A stretch of DNA of 64,000 bases from Desulfobacteraceae bacterium (GCA_011389745.1 JAABTQ010000004.1:83007-147006); one strand, 5' to 3'. Positions 49,365 to 60,853 are shown, counted from the stretch's first letter. The notes: a model not told the origin generated them from the sequence alone. A program made the numbers and translations.

Positions 49365-50480
49365 TTATGTCCGTTGAAATATCCCTTTTTTATTTCCGAC
49401 CACCTCACAACATTCATCAACAATATTTTTAGCTGCATCCAGATGGCCGATGGAGGCCGAGATTTCCGCCATTTTTTCAAGCTCTCTGCGATTTTTTGCC
49501 AGGTTCAATATCTTTTCAGCCAAAAGTTCGCCTGTCAAATCTTTTTCATGAATTATTTCCGAAGCGCCTGCAGCGCACAGATTTCGGGCATTTAGAACCT
49601 GGTGGTCATCCGCAGCATGTGGAAATGGAATAAAAATGGCCGGCTTTCCCAGTGCTGATATTTCTGCGACGGTTGTGGCTCCCGCCCTGCATACCACCAA
49701 ATCGGCCTGTGCGTATATTCTATCCATGTTTTTAAAAAACGCCCTGATATCACCGGGTATCCGTTTTTTCTCATAGGCAGTTTTTACAATGTTTTCATCG
49801 GAATCACCGGTCTGATGAATGAAGAATATTTTTCCAGTTTCTCTTAAATTTTCAAGGGCCTCAATAACAGCCATGTTGATTCCATGAGCACCCTGGCTTC
49901 CACCCAAAATCAGAACGGTAAAAGGTCCTTCCATATCTTTTTTTTTTGGTGCGGCCTGCAATATTTCTATCCGAACAGGATTTCCCGTAAACCTTATTTT
50001 TGATTTCGGAAGATTTCCCATTGTATCTTTAAAAGATACACAAATACGATCAGCAATTCGGGATAAATAACGGTTGGCAATCCCCGGCAAAACATTTTGC
50101 TCACACAGCACTACAGGTATCCGATTCAACCATGCTGCCAAAACAACAGGAGCGGAGGAATAACTTCCCATGCCTACCACCAGATCGGGATTTTCTGATT
50201 TTAGAATTCCGATTGACTGGAAAAACCCCCGCACCAGGACCAGCACGGCTCCGGCCTGTCGAAAAAGACCCCGGCCCTTGATACCTTCGGCAGATATCTT
50301 TTTAGAAACAAACCCATATTCGGACAAAATTGAAACCTCGATAGGTTTGCCTGTACCGAGAAAAACAATGCGGTTTGCAAAATTGCGGGCCATGAATTCC
50401 TGGGCAATGGCAATTGCCGGAAACAGGTGCCCACCGGTTCCACCAACTGCAAAAACAATATTCAACGGGGTTTGAGTCAT
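49365..50480 (-). CDS. murG: UDP-N-acetylglucosamine--N-acetylmuramyl-(pentapeptide) pyrophosphoryl-undecaprenol N-acetylglucosamine transferase
   Basis: MTQTPLNIVFAVGGTGGHLFPAIAIAQE. ATG at 50480 overlaps the ftsW stop (TGATG); the track N-terminal extension to 50621 is rejected. Confidence 0.9.
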   Translation of the reverse strand: MTQTPLNIVFAVGGTGGHLFPAIAIAQEFMARNFANRIVFLGTGKPIEVSILSEYGFVSKKISAEGIKGRGLFRQAGAVLVLVRGFFQSIGILKSENPDLVVGMGSYSSAPVVLAAWLNRIPVVLCEQNVLPGIANRYLSRIADRICVSFKDTMGNLPKSKIRFTGNPVRIEILQAAPKKKDMEGPFTVLILGGSQGAHGINMAVIEALENLRETGKIFFIHQTGDSDENIVKTAYEKKRIPGDIRAFFKNMDRIYAQADLVVCRAGATTVAEISALGKPAIFIPFPHAADDHQVLNARNLCAAGASEIIHEKDLTGELLAEKILNLAKNRRELEKMAEISASIGHLDAAKNIVDECCEVVGNKKGIFQRT

Positions 50481-51628
50481 CAATTTTTCGTGCCTCCGAT
50501 ATTCATCAAAACACCAATGGCAGCCATATTTAGCAGGAGAGATGTCCCTCCATAACTTAAAAAAGGAAGAGTCAAGCCTTTGGTGGGCAACAGTCCTAAG
50601 GCGACCCCCATGTTGATGCATACCTGAAGCGCAAAAGAAATCGTGATCCCCGCTGCAATCAGCGATCCATAAAAATTTTCAGTGTTCTTGGCAATCATCA
50701 ACCCTCGCCAGATAATTAAAATGTACAGGCCGATGATAAAAACCACACCCAGGAGGCCAATTTCTTCTCCAACCACCGAAAATATAAAGTCTGTGTGCGC
50801 TTCCGGAAGATAAAACAGTTTTTGATACCCCTGTCCGATTCCAGCGCCAAAAAGTCCGCCTGAACCAAATGCCATCAAAGAATGGATAACCTGATATCCT
50901 CCATCTTCGGGATACTGCCAGGGGTCCCAAAATGTCATAATCCTGTCCAGACGATAAGATGCATTGATCATAATATAGCCCAGAATTGGTGCGATAAGTA
51001 TTAACGGTGTGGCCAAATGCAGTAAACTCACCCCTCCTATATACATCATGATCCAGGCAATAACCGAAAAAATAAGTATGGTTCCAAAATCAGGCTGAAA
51101 ATGAAAAAGGACACAGAATATACCCAAAACCAAAACATGAGGAACAAAACCGATTGAAAATTCACGAATTTTATCCTGCTTTTTGCACAAGGAATACGCC
51201 AGAAAGAAAATCATGGCAAGTCTGGCAAATTCAGAGGGTTGAAAAGTAAGTGCCCCAATGCGAATCCATCGACTGGCCCCCCCGGCTTTGTATCCGATAC
51301 CCGGTACATGTACCACAACCAACAAAATCATGGATAAAATCAAAATAGGGTAGGTTAAATGCCAATAGACCTTAAACGGTATATGTCGGCAAACCACAAG
51401 CGCAACAATACCGGCTACTGCAAATAAAGCCTGTTTGCGGAGGAAAAAAAAATCACTCCCGAATTTTGTCAATGCAACGGCCGAGCTTGCACTGTATACC
51501 ATCACCATGCCGATTCCCACCAAAAAAAGAACCGGAAACAAAATGTGCCTGTCACCTCTTGCCGCACACATGCCGACCTGAACTGGGCCTTTCACTGCTA
51601 TTTTTGGAATCTTACATCCTGTTTTCAT
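50480..51628 (-). CDS. ftsW: SEDS-family lipid II flippase/peptidoglycan polymerase FtsW
   Basis: Polytopic; GQGYQKLFYLPEAHTDFIFSVVGEE, GLLPTKGLTLPFLSYGGTS. Confidence 0.9.
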   Translation of the reverse strand: MKTGCKIPKIAVKGPVQVGMCAARGDRHILFPVLFLVGIGMVMVYSASSAVALTKFGSDFFFLRKQALFAVAGIVALVVCRHIPFKVYWHLTYPILILSMILLVVVHVPGIGYKAGGASRWIRIGALTFQPSEFARLAMIFFLAYSLCKKQDKIREFSIGFVPHVLVLGIFCVLFHFQPDFGTILIFSVIAWIMMYIGGVSLLHLATPLILIAPILGYIMINASYRLDRIMTFWDPWQYPEDGGYQVIHSLMAFGSGGLFGAGIGQGYQKLFYLPEAHTDFIFSVVGEEIGLLGVVFIIGLYILIIWRGLMIAKNTENFYGSLIAAGITISFALQVCINMGVALGLLPTKGLTLPFLSYGGTSLLLNMAAIGVLMNIGGTKN

Positions 51629-53025
51629 GGTGATCTCCGAAAATCAATCAGTTGAACGGCACTGCGAAAATCCTCACCTCTTTCCTTATAATTTGCGTAC
51701 ATGTCGAAACTGGCGCATCCGGGAGCCAAAAGGACCACATCCCCCGGAACTGAAGCATCAAAAGCTTTTAAAACAGCATCTTTCATGGAAACGGCAAATT
51801 CCGTATTCACGATATCCGACAAAATGCCATAAATTTTTTTAGCCGATTCGCCTATCAAAATCAGATGCTTTACCTGTTTTGCTACAACAGACCTTAATTT
51901 TTGAAAATCACTGTCCTTATCTCTTCCTCCCATAATAACAATCTGAGGCTGGTCAAACGTTTCCATGGCTTTTTCTGCGGCATCCGTATTGGTTGCCTTG
52001 GAATCGTTGATAAAGTCAACCCCGTTAATGGTGGCCACTTTTTCAAGCCGGTGTGCAAGACCATTAAAATTATTAAGCGCAGAATTAATTCCCTCTTTTG
52101 TCGCACCTGCTGCCAGAGCCGCTAAAATTCCAGCAGAAGCATTTTCCAGGTTGTGCATACCTGCCGGTTTGAATCCTGATAGGTCCGGGATCCAAATCTC
52201 TGAATTTTCCAGGTGAACGGATATACTCGGTTTAGATAAAAAAGCAGTTTTTTCGATAACCGCATAATCTGTTGATCTGACAGAAACCTTGTTTTTTTGA
52301 TAAAAATAGCGTTTTTTTGATTTTATGCGGGATGAAATTTTGTCCATGACATGATCAAGCCCGTTTAAAACAGCAATATCATTTGAGGTTTGATTTTCAA
52401 AAATCCGGGCCTTGGAATCGGCATAGGCTTCAAAGTTCGGGTACCGGTCCATGTGGTCGTCTGTGATATTCAGCAGCACCGCCACGTCAGGCCTGAAATG
52501 TTCAATGGTATCCAGTTGAAAACTGCTCAGTTCCACCACAAGACAGTCCGCTTTTTGGTTTGAATCGACATAACCGATAAGGGGGTTGCCGATATTTCCT
52601 CCAACAAAAATTTTCTTGCCGGATTTCATAAGCATTTCGCCCAATAGAGTGGTTACGGTAGTCTTACCGTTTGTTCCTGTAACAGCAACGATCGGTTCGG
52701 AAATGAACCGCGAAGCCAGCTCGATTTCTCCCAAAACCGGAATTCCTCTTTTGCGGGCATCGTTGAAATGCTTTAAGGTATGGGGAACTCCGGGGCTTAA
52801 AATGATCAATTCAGTGTCATTAAAAAGCTGGGGGCTGTGCCCACCGAGTTGAATCATGACACCCATTGTTTTCAGTTTTTCAGCCGCCTCTTTTACCTGA
52901 TCTCCTGCACCACTGTCCGTGACTGTTACGATGGCACCCCGTTTGATCAAAAAATGAGCAACAGCATCTCCGGTTATCCCGAGTCCGACTACCGTTATGC
53001 GCTTTTTCGTCAAATCCATGGCCAT
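51625..53025 (-). CDS. murD: UDP-N-acetylmuramoylalanine--D-glutamate ligase
   Basis: VVGLGITGDAVAHFL, VTGTNGKTT, position. Confidence 0.9.
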   Translation of the reverse strand: MAMDLTKKRITVVGLGITGDAVAHFLIKRGAIVTVTDSGAGDQVKEAAEKLKTMGVMIQLGGHSPQLFNDTELIILSPGVPHTLKHFNDARKRGIPVLGEIELASRFISEPIVAVTGTNGKTTVTTLLGEMLMKSGKKIFVGGNIGNPLIGYVDSNQKADCLVVELSSFQLDTIEHFRPDVAVLLNITDDHMDRYPNFEAYADSKARIFENQTSNDIAVLNGLDHVMDKISSRIKSKKRYFYQKNKVSVRSTDYAVIEKTAFLSKPSISVHLENSEIWIPDLSGFKPAGMHNLENASAGILAALAAGATKEGINSALNNFNGLAHRLEKVATINGVDFINDSKATNTDAAEKAMETFDQPQIVIMGGRDKDSDFQKLRSVVAKQVKHLILIGESAKKIYGILSDIVNTEFAVSMKDAVLKAFDASVPGDVVLLAPGCASFDMYANYKERGEDFRSAVQLIDFRRSP

Positions 53026-53041
53026 CGCTTTTATATTTTTT

Positions 53042-54121
53042 TTACCTTAGCTTTAATGTGCTCAATGAAATCAATGCCAGGGTTATGGAAATGATCCAAA
53101 ATCGGACACAAACCTTTGGCTCCTCCCATCCTTTAAGTTCAAAGTGGTGATGAAGCGGTGCCATTTTGAAAATCCGCCTTCCATGAGTCATCTTGAAAAA
53201 CCCAACCTGAAAAATAACCGACAAAGCTTCTATGACAAAGAGACCGCCCACAATAACCAAAAGGATTTCCTGCTTGGTGATTACTGCTACAGCTCCAAGG
53301 GCCGCCCCTAAGGAAAGGGATCCTGTATCTCCCATAAACATTTGGGCGGGATAGGAATTAAACCATAAAAAACCCAGACCTGCCCCGGCCAGTGTGGCAC
53401 AAAAAACCGTGATTTCCCCGGAGCCTGCTACATATTGGACTTGAAGATACTGCGCTATTTTGACATGACCGGCCACATATGCAAACAGCATATATGTGCC
53501 CGCTGCTATAATCACCGGACCAATAGCCAGTCCGTCAAGGCCGTCGGTTAAATTAACCGCGTTTGAAGTACCCACAATTACCAGCATGGCAAAGGGTATG
53601 TATGCCGGCCCAAGGTCCGGCTGAATGTTTTTAAAAAACGGTAACGTGACCTGCGTTGAAAAATCAGGGACAATATAAACAAAAACCGCCGTCATCAGTG
53701 CCACTAAACCCTGAAATAAAAATTTAGCCCGAACACCGAATCCCAGATTGCATTTTTTCACCTGCTTTAAATAGTCGTCAATAAAACCGATCGCACAAAA
53801 TCCCAAAGTGCAAAAAAGCACAATCCATACGTACGGGTTGGTCAATTGAGCCCAAAGAAAGGTGGATACCATTACGGAAAAAATTACCAAGGAACCACCC
53901 ATGGTCGGTGTTCCGGCCTTCTTATGATGATTAGCGGGACCGTCCTCGCGAATAAATTGTCCCACCTGCATTTCCTGAAGTTTTCTAATGACCCATGGCC
54001 CTAAAAAAAAGCAGATTAAAAGTGCCGTCAACCCGGCATAAATAGTCCTGAATGTAATATACCGAAAGACATTAAATGCCGTAAATGTCGAAGCCAAAGG
54101 GTAGAAAATGTGATAAATCAT
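53042..54121 (-). CDS. mraY: Phospho-N-acetylmuramoyl-pentapeptide transferase
   Basis: MIYHIFYPL start at 54121 overlaps the murF stop. [31 protein letters not shown]. Confidence 0.95.
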   Translation of the reverse strand: MIYHIFYPLASTFTAFNVFRYITFRTIYAGLTALLICFFLGPWVIRKLQEMQVGQFIREDGPANHHKKAGTPTMGGSLVIFSVMVSTFLWAQLTNPYVWIVLFCTLGFCAIGFIDDYLKQVKKCNLGFGVRAKFLFQGLVALMTAVFVYIVPDFSTQVTLPFFKNIQPDLGPAYIPFAMLVIVGTSNAVNLTDGLDGLAIGPVIIAAGTYMLFAYVAGHVKIAQYLQVQYVAGSGEITVFCATLAGAGLGFLWFNSYPAQMFMGDTGSLSLGAALGAVAVITKQEILLVIVGGLFVIEALSVIFQVGFFKMTHGRRIFKMAPLHHHFELKGWEEPKVCVRFWIISITLALISLSTLKLR

Positions 54122-55548
54122 GGCTGACCTGTGTTCTGCTTGAGTCCTTTGACGATCTGTTCCATACCCATACCCCTTGAGCCTTTGATCAGCACCCAAT
54201 CCCCTTCCTCTAACCAGCTCTTGAGATCAGATAAAATTTGTTCCTTAGTACCCAAAAAAATATTTTCCTTTGACATGCCGGCGGCTTCAGCCCCATCAGC
54301 CACATTGCCGGCATGGGAACCAGCAACATAAAGCCTTGAAACTTTAATGTCCGCAGCAATCCGCCCGATTTTTTCATGAAGAACGGGTGCATGTTCGCCT
54401 AATTCAAGCATATCCCCGGCGATAAAAACACTTCGATGTTTTTCCCTCAAAGATTTCAAAGTTTTTAGCGCCTCTTCCATGGACCCGGGATTCGCATTAT
54501 AGGTGTCATCAATAACATGAATACCGTTTTGGGTTTCCAAAATATTCATTCTTGCCTGTGCAGGCTCAAAATCATTTTCCAGCGCCAATTTAATTTCAGC
54601 GGCATTAAGACCGAGTTGATATCCTACGGAGGCTGCAGCCAGTGCGTTGAGTACCATGAAAGAGCCTGGTATTTTCACATAAATGGTGATCTGTTCATCC
54701 GGCAACTCAAGGGTAAAGGAAGTACCTCGTTTCTGTTCCACGATGTTTGAGGCCCGAATGTTTGCATTTTTCGAGGTACCATAAAATAATACCTTCTCCG
54801 GAGCCCTGCCTGCCATGGAGACTACCCTTTTGTCCTCAGCATTTAACACCGCCACTCCATTTAAGGACATATGATCCAAAAGTTCACCTTTTGCCAAAGC
54901 GACTCCGTCCAAAGATCCGAAACCTTCCAAATGAGCAGGACCTACGTTGGTCATAACTCCGATGTCAGGACGACAAATACCGGCGAGATATGCAATCTCT
55001 CCGGGATGATTGGCTCCCATTTCCAGAACAGCACAATTGTGTTCGGAGGTCAGATTTAGAAGGGTTAAAGGAAGTCCGATCTGGTTATTAAAATTGCCAT
55101 GACTTTCCAGGGTTGAAAACCGGCGGCGAACTACAGCCGCAGTCATTTTTCTTGTAGTTGTTTTTCCGTTGGAACCGGTAATCCCTATGACAAAAATTTT
55201 CGATCTTCTCCGGTTAAATGAAGCCATATCGCCCAAAGCCTTTGTGGTATCCTCAACTCCGATGAAAACAAGGTTTCGAAAATCCTCATTATTATGAGCC
55301 AATACTCCGGCTTCTGATTTAGAGACCACAAAACAGTTAACACCTTTTTGAACAATATCCTGAATAAAATGGTGACCATCGTGCTTTTCTCCCCTGATTG
55401 CCACGAACACATCGGCTTCGGATACGGTTCGGGAGTCAATGGAAATCCCGGTGAACATTTTTTTTCTGTTACCGGTCATAAGAGTTCCTTCGGTAGCATC
55501 TAAAATTTCAGAAACTGTCCAGGGTATGGTCAAAGACATAAAAACCAC
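54118..55548 (-). CDS. murF: UDP-N-acetylmuramoyl-tripeptide--D-alanyl-D-alanine ligase
   Basis: [21 protein letters not shown]. The start may be the MSLT ATG at 55539. Confidence 0.9.
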   Translation of the reverse strand: MVFMSLTIPWTVSEILDATEGTLMTGNRKKMFTGISIDSRTVSEADVFVAIRGEKHDGHHFIQDIVQKGVNCFVVSKSEAGVLAHNNEDFRNLVFIGVEDTTKALGDMASFNRRRSKIFVIGITGSNGKTTTRKMTAAVVRRRFSTLESHGNFNNQIGLPLTLLNLTSEHNCAVLEMGANHPGEIAYLAGICRPDIGVMTNVGPAHLEGFGSLDGVALAKGELLDHMSLNGVAVLNAEDKRVVSMAGRAPEKVLFYGTSKNANIRASNIVEQKRGTSFTLELPDEQITIYVKIPGSFMVLNALAAASVGYQLGLNAAEIKLALENDFEPAQARMNILETQNGIHVIDDTYNANPGSMEEALKTLKSLREKHRSVFIAGDMLELGEHAPVLHEKIGRIAADIKVSRLYVAGSHAGNVADGAEAAGMSKENIFLGTKEQILSDLKSWLEEGDWVLIKGSRGMGMEQIVKGLKQNTGQP

Positions 55549-55576
55549 ATCATTTGTTTACTATGGTTACGTGAAA

Positions 55577-57151
55577 CTACAAAGTCAGCGCTATTTTGGC
55601 CTCAAGGCGATCATCGAACGGAATGGTTTTTTTCCCAATAATTTGATATGATTCATGTCCTTTTCCTGCAATCAGAATCGTATCTCCGGGAGAAGATGCA
55701 CGCACGGCCGTCTGTATAGCATGTTTACGATCGGAGACAACAACATAACCCTTTTTAACAACACCATCATGAAGTTCCGAAGCAGAGTATGCAGAAATAC
55801 CCCTATTGCGTATTCCAATGAGGATTTCTTCAATAATTTCCAACGGAGGTTCAGATCGAGGATTGTCCGATGTGATAACCGATAAATCAGATAATTCCGC
55901 GGAAATTTTTCCCATCAAAGGTCTCTTTTCACGGTCACGGTCTCCCCCACAGCCAAACACACATATCAGCCTGTTGGAGGTCAAAGCCCTTAGCGTTTTC
56001 AGAACATTCTCAAGTGCATCCGGCGTATGGGCATAGTCCACATATACAAAACGACCTAAATCATTGGGCACTCTTTCTAACCGACCTGGTACACTTTTTA
56101 AATTTTCTATCCCTCTTCTTATCAACTCCCTTGATAAATTCAAGGCAACTCCGACACCTGTTGCAGATAAAATATTTTCGAGATTATATTCTCCAACCAG
56201 ATAGGATCTGATTTGTATTCCTCCATAAGGTGTTGAAATATCGCAACGAATTCCATCCAGTCCTAACTCGGTTTTTTCCGGATAAACCATATTAAGACGC
56301 GATTTACCAACGGAGATGCCGTTTAGCAAAAATTCCTTTAAAAGTAAATTTCCCTTTTCATCATTGCAGTTGATTACAGCTTTAGCCTTATCTTTCTTGG
56401 GACCGGAAACCAGATAGTGAGTAAACAAGCTTTTTTTGCAGGACCAGTAAGCCTGCATGGAGCCGTGGTAATCAAGATGATCCAATGTGAGATTCGTAAA
56501 AACAGCGACATCCATCCAGCAATTTTCAATACGCATGAGATCGATGGCATGTGAAGAGACCTCCATGACCACATGCGAAATTCCTTCGGCCAACATTTCG
56601 GCAAGTATTCGTTGTAAATCCAGAGATTCCGGTGTGGTTACCGAATTTATGAAAACTTTTTTTGCATAACGATAGTTGATGGTGCCGATAAGGCCGACTT
56701 TAAGCCCGGCATGTTCAAGAATGCTTTCGATCAGGTAAGATGTAGTGGTTTTGCCATTGGTACCGGTGATTCCGATGAATACCAGCTTTTCAGAAGGGTT
56801 TCCGTAAAACCGTGATGATAATTGAGCCAGGGCTTTTCTCGAATTTTCTACAATAATATTAACGGCAATAGTTGTCTTGACGGGCCGCTGGGATACAACA
56901 ACCGACGCACCTCTTTCAACCGCCTGATCGATAAAATCATGTCCATCAGATTTAAAACCTTTAATGGCTACAAAAAGCCCTCCTGGAGTCACATCCTGGG
57001 CTCGGTAATGAACAGACAAAACCTCCATATTCATAATGATTTTGTTATCTGAAAAATCTGTGGAATGGGGTCCTGGTAAAATTTTTAAACTGGTTTCGGG
57101 TTCTGAAATGCCGGCAATGGAAAGCCCTTGAATGAGCATACCAAGTTTCAT
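55577..57151 (-). CDS. murE: UDP-N-acetylmuramoyl-L-alanyl-D-glutamate--2,6-diaminopimelate ligase
   Basis: ITGTNGKTTTSYL, DYAHTPDAL, TSDNPRSE. Confidence 0.9.
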   Translation of the reverse strand: MKLGMLIQGLSIAGISEPETSLKILPGPHSTDFSDNKIIMNMEVLSVHYRAQDVTPGGLFVAIKGFKSDGHDFIDQAVERGASVVVSQRPVKTTIAVNIIVENSRKALAQLSSRFYGNPSEKLVFIGITGTNGKTTTSYLIESILEHAGLKVGLIGTINYRYAKKVFINSVTTPESLDLQRILAEMLAEGISHVVMEVSSHAIDLMRIENCWMDVAVFTNLTLDHLDYHGSMQAYWSCKKSLFTHYLVSGPKKDKAKAVINCNDEKGNLLLKEFLLNGISVGKSRLNMVYPEKTELGLDGIRCDISTPYGGIQIRSYLVGEYNLENILSATGVGVALNLSRELIRRGIENLKSVPGRLERVPNDLGRFVYVDYAHTPDALENVLKTLRALTSNRLICVFGCGGDRDREKRPLMGKISAELSDLSVITSDNPRSEPPLEIIEEILIGIRNRGISAYSASELHDGVVKKGYVVVSDRKHAIQTAVRASSPGDTILIAGKGHESYQIIGKKTIPFDDRLEAKIALTL

Positions 57152-58884
57152 CCCTTTACCTCTCCCTGTCGGTTGGCAGTCAAATGTTCTGTTTTGCCAT
57201 CAGGGGAAATATTCATAAAATTTAAGGTATGAAGAGCAATCTTTTTAAATACCGGAGCAGCTACAACTCCACCATAATGAGCTTTTTGGGGTTCGTCGAT
57301 CATTACCAATATTGCTGCCTCGGGATTTTTCACCGGAACAAAGCCCACAAAAGAGGACACAAATTTACCTCCGGCATAGGTTCCGTTTTCATCTATTTTT
57401 TGAGCAGTGCCGGTTTTTCCACCGACCTTGTATCCTTCAATGGCTGCCTTTGTTCCGGTACCTCCTTGTTCGGTAACCATGGCCATCATTTTTCTGATTG
57501 CCCCGGCAGTCTCCGACGATACTGCCCTGCGAACAGGCTGCGGGTTAAACTTTTCAATCATTGCTCCATTTTTATCGGTGATGGCTTGCACCACATAAGG
57601 TTTCATTAATATTCCGTCGTTTGCAATCGCACTCACAGCCGTAATCAACTGGATCGCAGATACGGATATGCCTTGTCCGAATGCGATAGCAGCATTATCA
57701 ATTTTTGTCCAACGCTGATAGGGTGAAAGCATGCCGGGTGTCTCTCCAGGACAATCAATTCCGGTTCTCTCACCAAATCCAAAGTTTTTTAAGGTGTCAT
57801 AAAGATTTTTGGAACCAATATTTTCACTCAATTTAACAGTTCCAATATTGCTTGAAACTTGTATGATTTGCTCTAAAGAGAGATATTGGTATGGGCGCGT
57901 ATCATGCACCACATTTCTTCCAATCCGATAAGATCCGTTTTCACAGTAATAAATTGAATGAGGCCCCGAAACTCCGGATTCAAGAGCTGCCGCGGCGCTG
58001 AAAATTTTCAGGGTCGATCCTGGTTCATAAGGATCGGTAATGGCACGGTTTCTCCATTTGTCCTTGGCAAATTGATTGTATGAATTTGGATTAATAAAAG
58101 GATAATGGGCCATCGCCAGAATAGCGCCGGTTTTAGGTGACATCACCACCACAATCCCATTTTTGGCGCCATTTTGAGTCACTGCTTCCGCCAGTGCGGT
58201 CTCCGCAATGTATTGAATTCTCCGATCAATGGTAAGAATCAGATTTTTACCACTATGATCGATTTTTTCATCAACTTCCAAACCAAGCCCGCGGCCCAAT
58301 GCGTCACGGATTACCCTGAACTGGGCCTGCTGACCCTCCAGGACACGATCATAGTAAAATTCAACTCCCTCAAGCCCCCGACCATCGACACCTGAAAAAC
58401 CGACAATCTGAGCGGCCATTGTCTTATTGGGATAATAACGGCTGCGCTCTGATTTAAAAACAATTCCCTCTAAATTTAATGCTTCAACCATTTCTACCTT
58501 TTTAGGGGTAACATGCCTTTCGATCCAAACAAACGGTGTATTCAAGGATAACTTTTTAACAAGGTCATTTCTGTTCAGCCTTAACGCTTTTGCCAAATCC
58601 CTGGATGTAGCTGCAACATCTTTGATTTGGTTAGGATGGGCTCCGATCGAAGTGACATCAATACTCAATGCCATCTTACCCATATTGGCATCAAAAATGA
58701 TCCCACGCTCTCCAAGGGATTTAACCGATCGCTTTACCTGACCATCGGCTTTCTGTGATAACCATGGTCCTTTAAAAAGGTGTAAATCTACGGCTCTTGC
58801 CACAATCCCCGAAAAGCAAATGCCAAATACAATTCCTACGACAATGACCCGAAATTTAATTTTATTGGACTCTTTTGTTTTCAT
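57148..58884 (-). CDS. ftsI: Division-specific class B penicillin-binding protein (PBP3/FtsI)
   Basis: N-terminal TM, STLKIF (SxxK), SSN, KTGTA. Confidence 0.9.
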   Translation of the reverse strand: MKTKESNKIKFRVIVVGIVFGICFSGIVARAVDLHLFKGPWLSQKADGQVKRSVKSLGERGIIFDANMGKMALSIDVTSIGAHPNQIKDVAATSRDLAKALRLNRNDLVKKLSLNTPFVWIERHVTPKKVEMVEALNLEGIVFKSERSRYYPNKTMAAQIVGFSGVDGRGLEGVEFYYDRVLEGQQAQFRVIRDALGRGLGLEVDEKIDHSGKNLILTIDRRIQYIAETALAEAVTQNGAKNGIVVVMSPKTGAILAMAHYPFINPNSYNQFAKDKWRNRAITDPYEPGSTLKIFSAAAALESGVSGPHSIYYCENGSYRIGRNVVHDTRPYQYLSLEQIIQVSSNIGTVKLSENIGSKNLYDTLKNFGFGERTGIDCPGETPGMLSPYQRWTKIDNAAIAFGQGISVSAIQLITAVSAIANDGILMKPYVVQAITDKNGAMIEKFNPQPVRRAVSSETAGAIRKMMAMVTEQGGTGTKAAIEGYKVGGKTGTAQKIDENGTYAGGKFVSSFVGFVPVKNPEAAILVMIDEPQKAHYGGVVAAPVFKKIALHTLNFMNISPDGKTEHLTANRQGEVKG

Positions 58885-59192
58885 TGCAATACGATGACCT
58901 GTTCAGAGTTTGGTAGTTGAAGTCCTAATTTTTCGCGTGCTATTTTTGCGATCCGTTCGGGTGATTTCAAACGCTCCGTTTCGACCTTGAGACGGCTTTG
59001 AAGCATCAACAGCTGTTTTTGCTGATCCAATTCATGACTGATCTTGTATCCGGTACCAATAGACTGCACCCTGCACCACGTATAAAAAAACAACTCCATG
59101 AAAAACAAAGCCAGCAACAGTAAGGATAGCCCCGTACGCCTGATAGTTTTCCTGTTCATTTTCTGCTTTTTCATTTCTGGTTTGTTTTCCAT
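58881..59192 (-). CDS. ftsL: Cell division protein FtsL-like small bitopic protein
   Basis: 103 aa with a single TM followed by a coiled-coil-like segment. The call rests mainly on position between rsmH and ftsI. Confidence 0.6.
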   Translation of the reverse strand: MENKPEMKKQKMNRKTIRRTGLSLLLLALFFMELFFYTWCRVQSIGTGYKISHELDQQKQLLMLQSRLKVETERLKSPERIAKIAREKLGLQLPNSEQVIVLQ

Positions 59193-59217
59193 TTCCGGAA
59201 AAATAAAAAGTACAGGA

Positions 59218-60159
59218 TTATATCCTTTCAGCTGCCCTCAATCTTGTGCTTCTGGCCATGGGATTTAATTCAACCTCCTGTTCGGTCGGCCGAACCGGTT
59301 TTTTAGTCAAAAACCGTAATTTCTTTTCAGAACGACAAATACATTGGGGAAAAATCGGCGGACAAGTACATCCTCTCGCCAAAGCCTTAATCCAATGCTT
59401 CACGATTCGATCCTCAAGAGAATGAAAAGATAAAATACACAGTCTTCCCCCCGGATTTAGAATGTCCGCTGTAGCGTCCAAAAATGACTCCAGCCTCTCC
59501 AGTTCATGGTTCACAGCAATCCTCAAAGCCATAAAAACACGGGTCGCGGGATGAATCCTTTGTGGTTTGGAAATAAACTTTTTCGGAATCGAATCAGAAA
59601 CAATTCTCACAAGCTCGAAACTACTTTTAATCGCTTTGACTTTTCTTGCTTTTACAATATTTGAAGCTATCCGCCTTGACCATCTTTCCTCGCCATATCT
59701 GAAAAAAATACCGGCCAGTTCTTTTTCATCCGCTGTATTGACAATATCCCCCGCAGTTAATACCGAGTTGCTATCCATGCGCATATCCAATGGTTCATCC
59801 TTCTGAAATGTAAAACCCCGACCGCTTTGCGCTAATTGATGAAGTGAAATTCCCAAATCAGCAAGGATGCCATCCACTTTATGGATATTAAGCTGAGTAA
59901 GCACAGACTTGATATTGACAAAATTATCATGAAAAAGAGTAATTTCTGATCCATAAGCGCTTAGAACCTTTTTTGCATTGTTAACGGCATCCTTATCCTG
60001 ATCAATACCTACCAGAAAACCTCCCGGCTTCATCCTATCAATAATTGCCCTGGAATGCCCTGCTCCCCCCAATGTACAGTCCACATAAATTTTTCCCGGC
60101 CTGACATTCAGGTGTTGGATAACTTCATTCACCATTACGGGGATATGGTGAATGGCCAT
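59218..60159 (-). CDS. rsmH: 16S rRNA (cytosine1402-N4)-methyltransferase
   Basis: HIPVMVNEV, DCTLGGAGHS, SFHSLEDRIVK. Confidence 0.95.
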   Translation of the reverse strand: MAIHHIPVMVNEVIQHLNVRPGKIYVDCTLGGAGHSRAIIDRMKPGGFLVGIDQDKDAVNNAKKVLSAYGSEITLFHDNFVNIKSVLTQLNIHKVDGILADLGISLHQLAQSGRGFTFQKDEPLDMRMDSNSVLTAGDIVNTADEKELAGIFFRYGEERWSRRIASNIVKARKVKAIKSSFELVRIVSDSIPKKFISKPQRIHPATRVFMALRIAVNHELERLESFLDATADILNPGGRLCILSFHSLEDRIVKHWIKALARGCTCPPIFPQCICRSEKKLRFLTKKPVRPTEQEVELNPMARSTRLRAAERI

Positions 60160-60165
60160 CAGGCA

Positions 60166-60612
60166 TTACAGTCCGAGCCTGGCGATCTCGTTTCTGACAT
60201 CTTCCTCTTGCATGTCTTTTTCGAGGTCGAGATTTTCCTGTTCCCAATTTTCACGGGACCATATTTCGAAATGATCCAGAACACCAACAATAACAATTTC
60301 TTTTTCAAGGTGAGCGTACTGCCTTAAAGCTGGGGGGATCAAAATACGATCCTGTTTATCACCGATACAGTCGTGCGCTCCGCCGATAAAAACCCTTCGG
60401 AATCGCCGCATGCTTTGACTCTTTTCTGCCAGGGAGAGAATTCGCTTTTCTATCTTACTCCACTCATCAAAGGTGTAGCCTACGAGACAATTATCCATGC
60501 GCGAAACCATAACCCCGTTCTGACCATTATTTTTTATCTGGTCTCGGAATCTTGCCGGAATAATGATTCGTCCCTTGTCATCAATGGTATGAAAAGAGCT
60601 GCCCCTAAACAT
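60166..60612 (-). CDS. mraZ: Transcriptional regulator MraZ
   Basis: MFRGSSFHTIDDKGRIIIPARFR plus a second DRILIPPALR half (duplicated SpoVT/AbrB-like fold). Confidence 0.95.
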   Translation of the reverse strand: MFRGSSFHTIDDKGRIIIPARFRDQIKNNGQNGVMVSRMDNCLVGYTFDEWSKIEKRILSLAEKSQSMRRFRRVFIGGAHDCIGDKQDRILIPPALRQYAHLEKEIVIVGVLDHFEIWSRENWEQENLDLEKDMQEEDVRNEIARLGL

Positions 60613-60834
60613 CCACTATCCTCCACTTTACCCCACCTTTTTTTCAATAATCTATCATTCAAATCAACATGTCAAGAAAAATTATTTTTTTTGAAAAAAT
60701 ATTCAATAATTCATAAATGTTAAACCGAACGTAACACATCCGTTTCGCAGCGGCGTCTTTTCGAAAATAAGTTTTAGTTATCGCCAATACTTTGGAATCA
60801 AATTAAAAACCTTGAACAAAAAAATCAGTTACTG

Positions 60835-60853
60835 TAATCAAACTAATTGATTA
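60835..60853. promoter_or_regulatory. Perfect 7-5-7 palindrome upstream of the oxidoreductase-cooF-cooS genes (operator candidate)
   Basis: TAATCAA-ACTAA-TTGATTA, about 40 nt upstream of ATG 60893. Confidence 0.3.
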
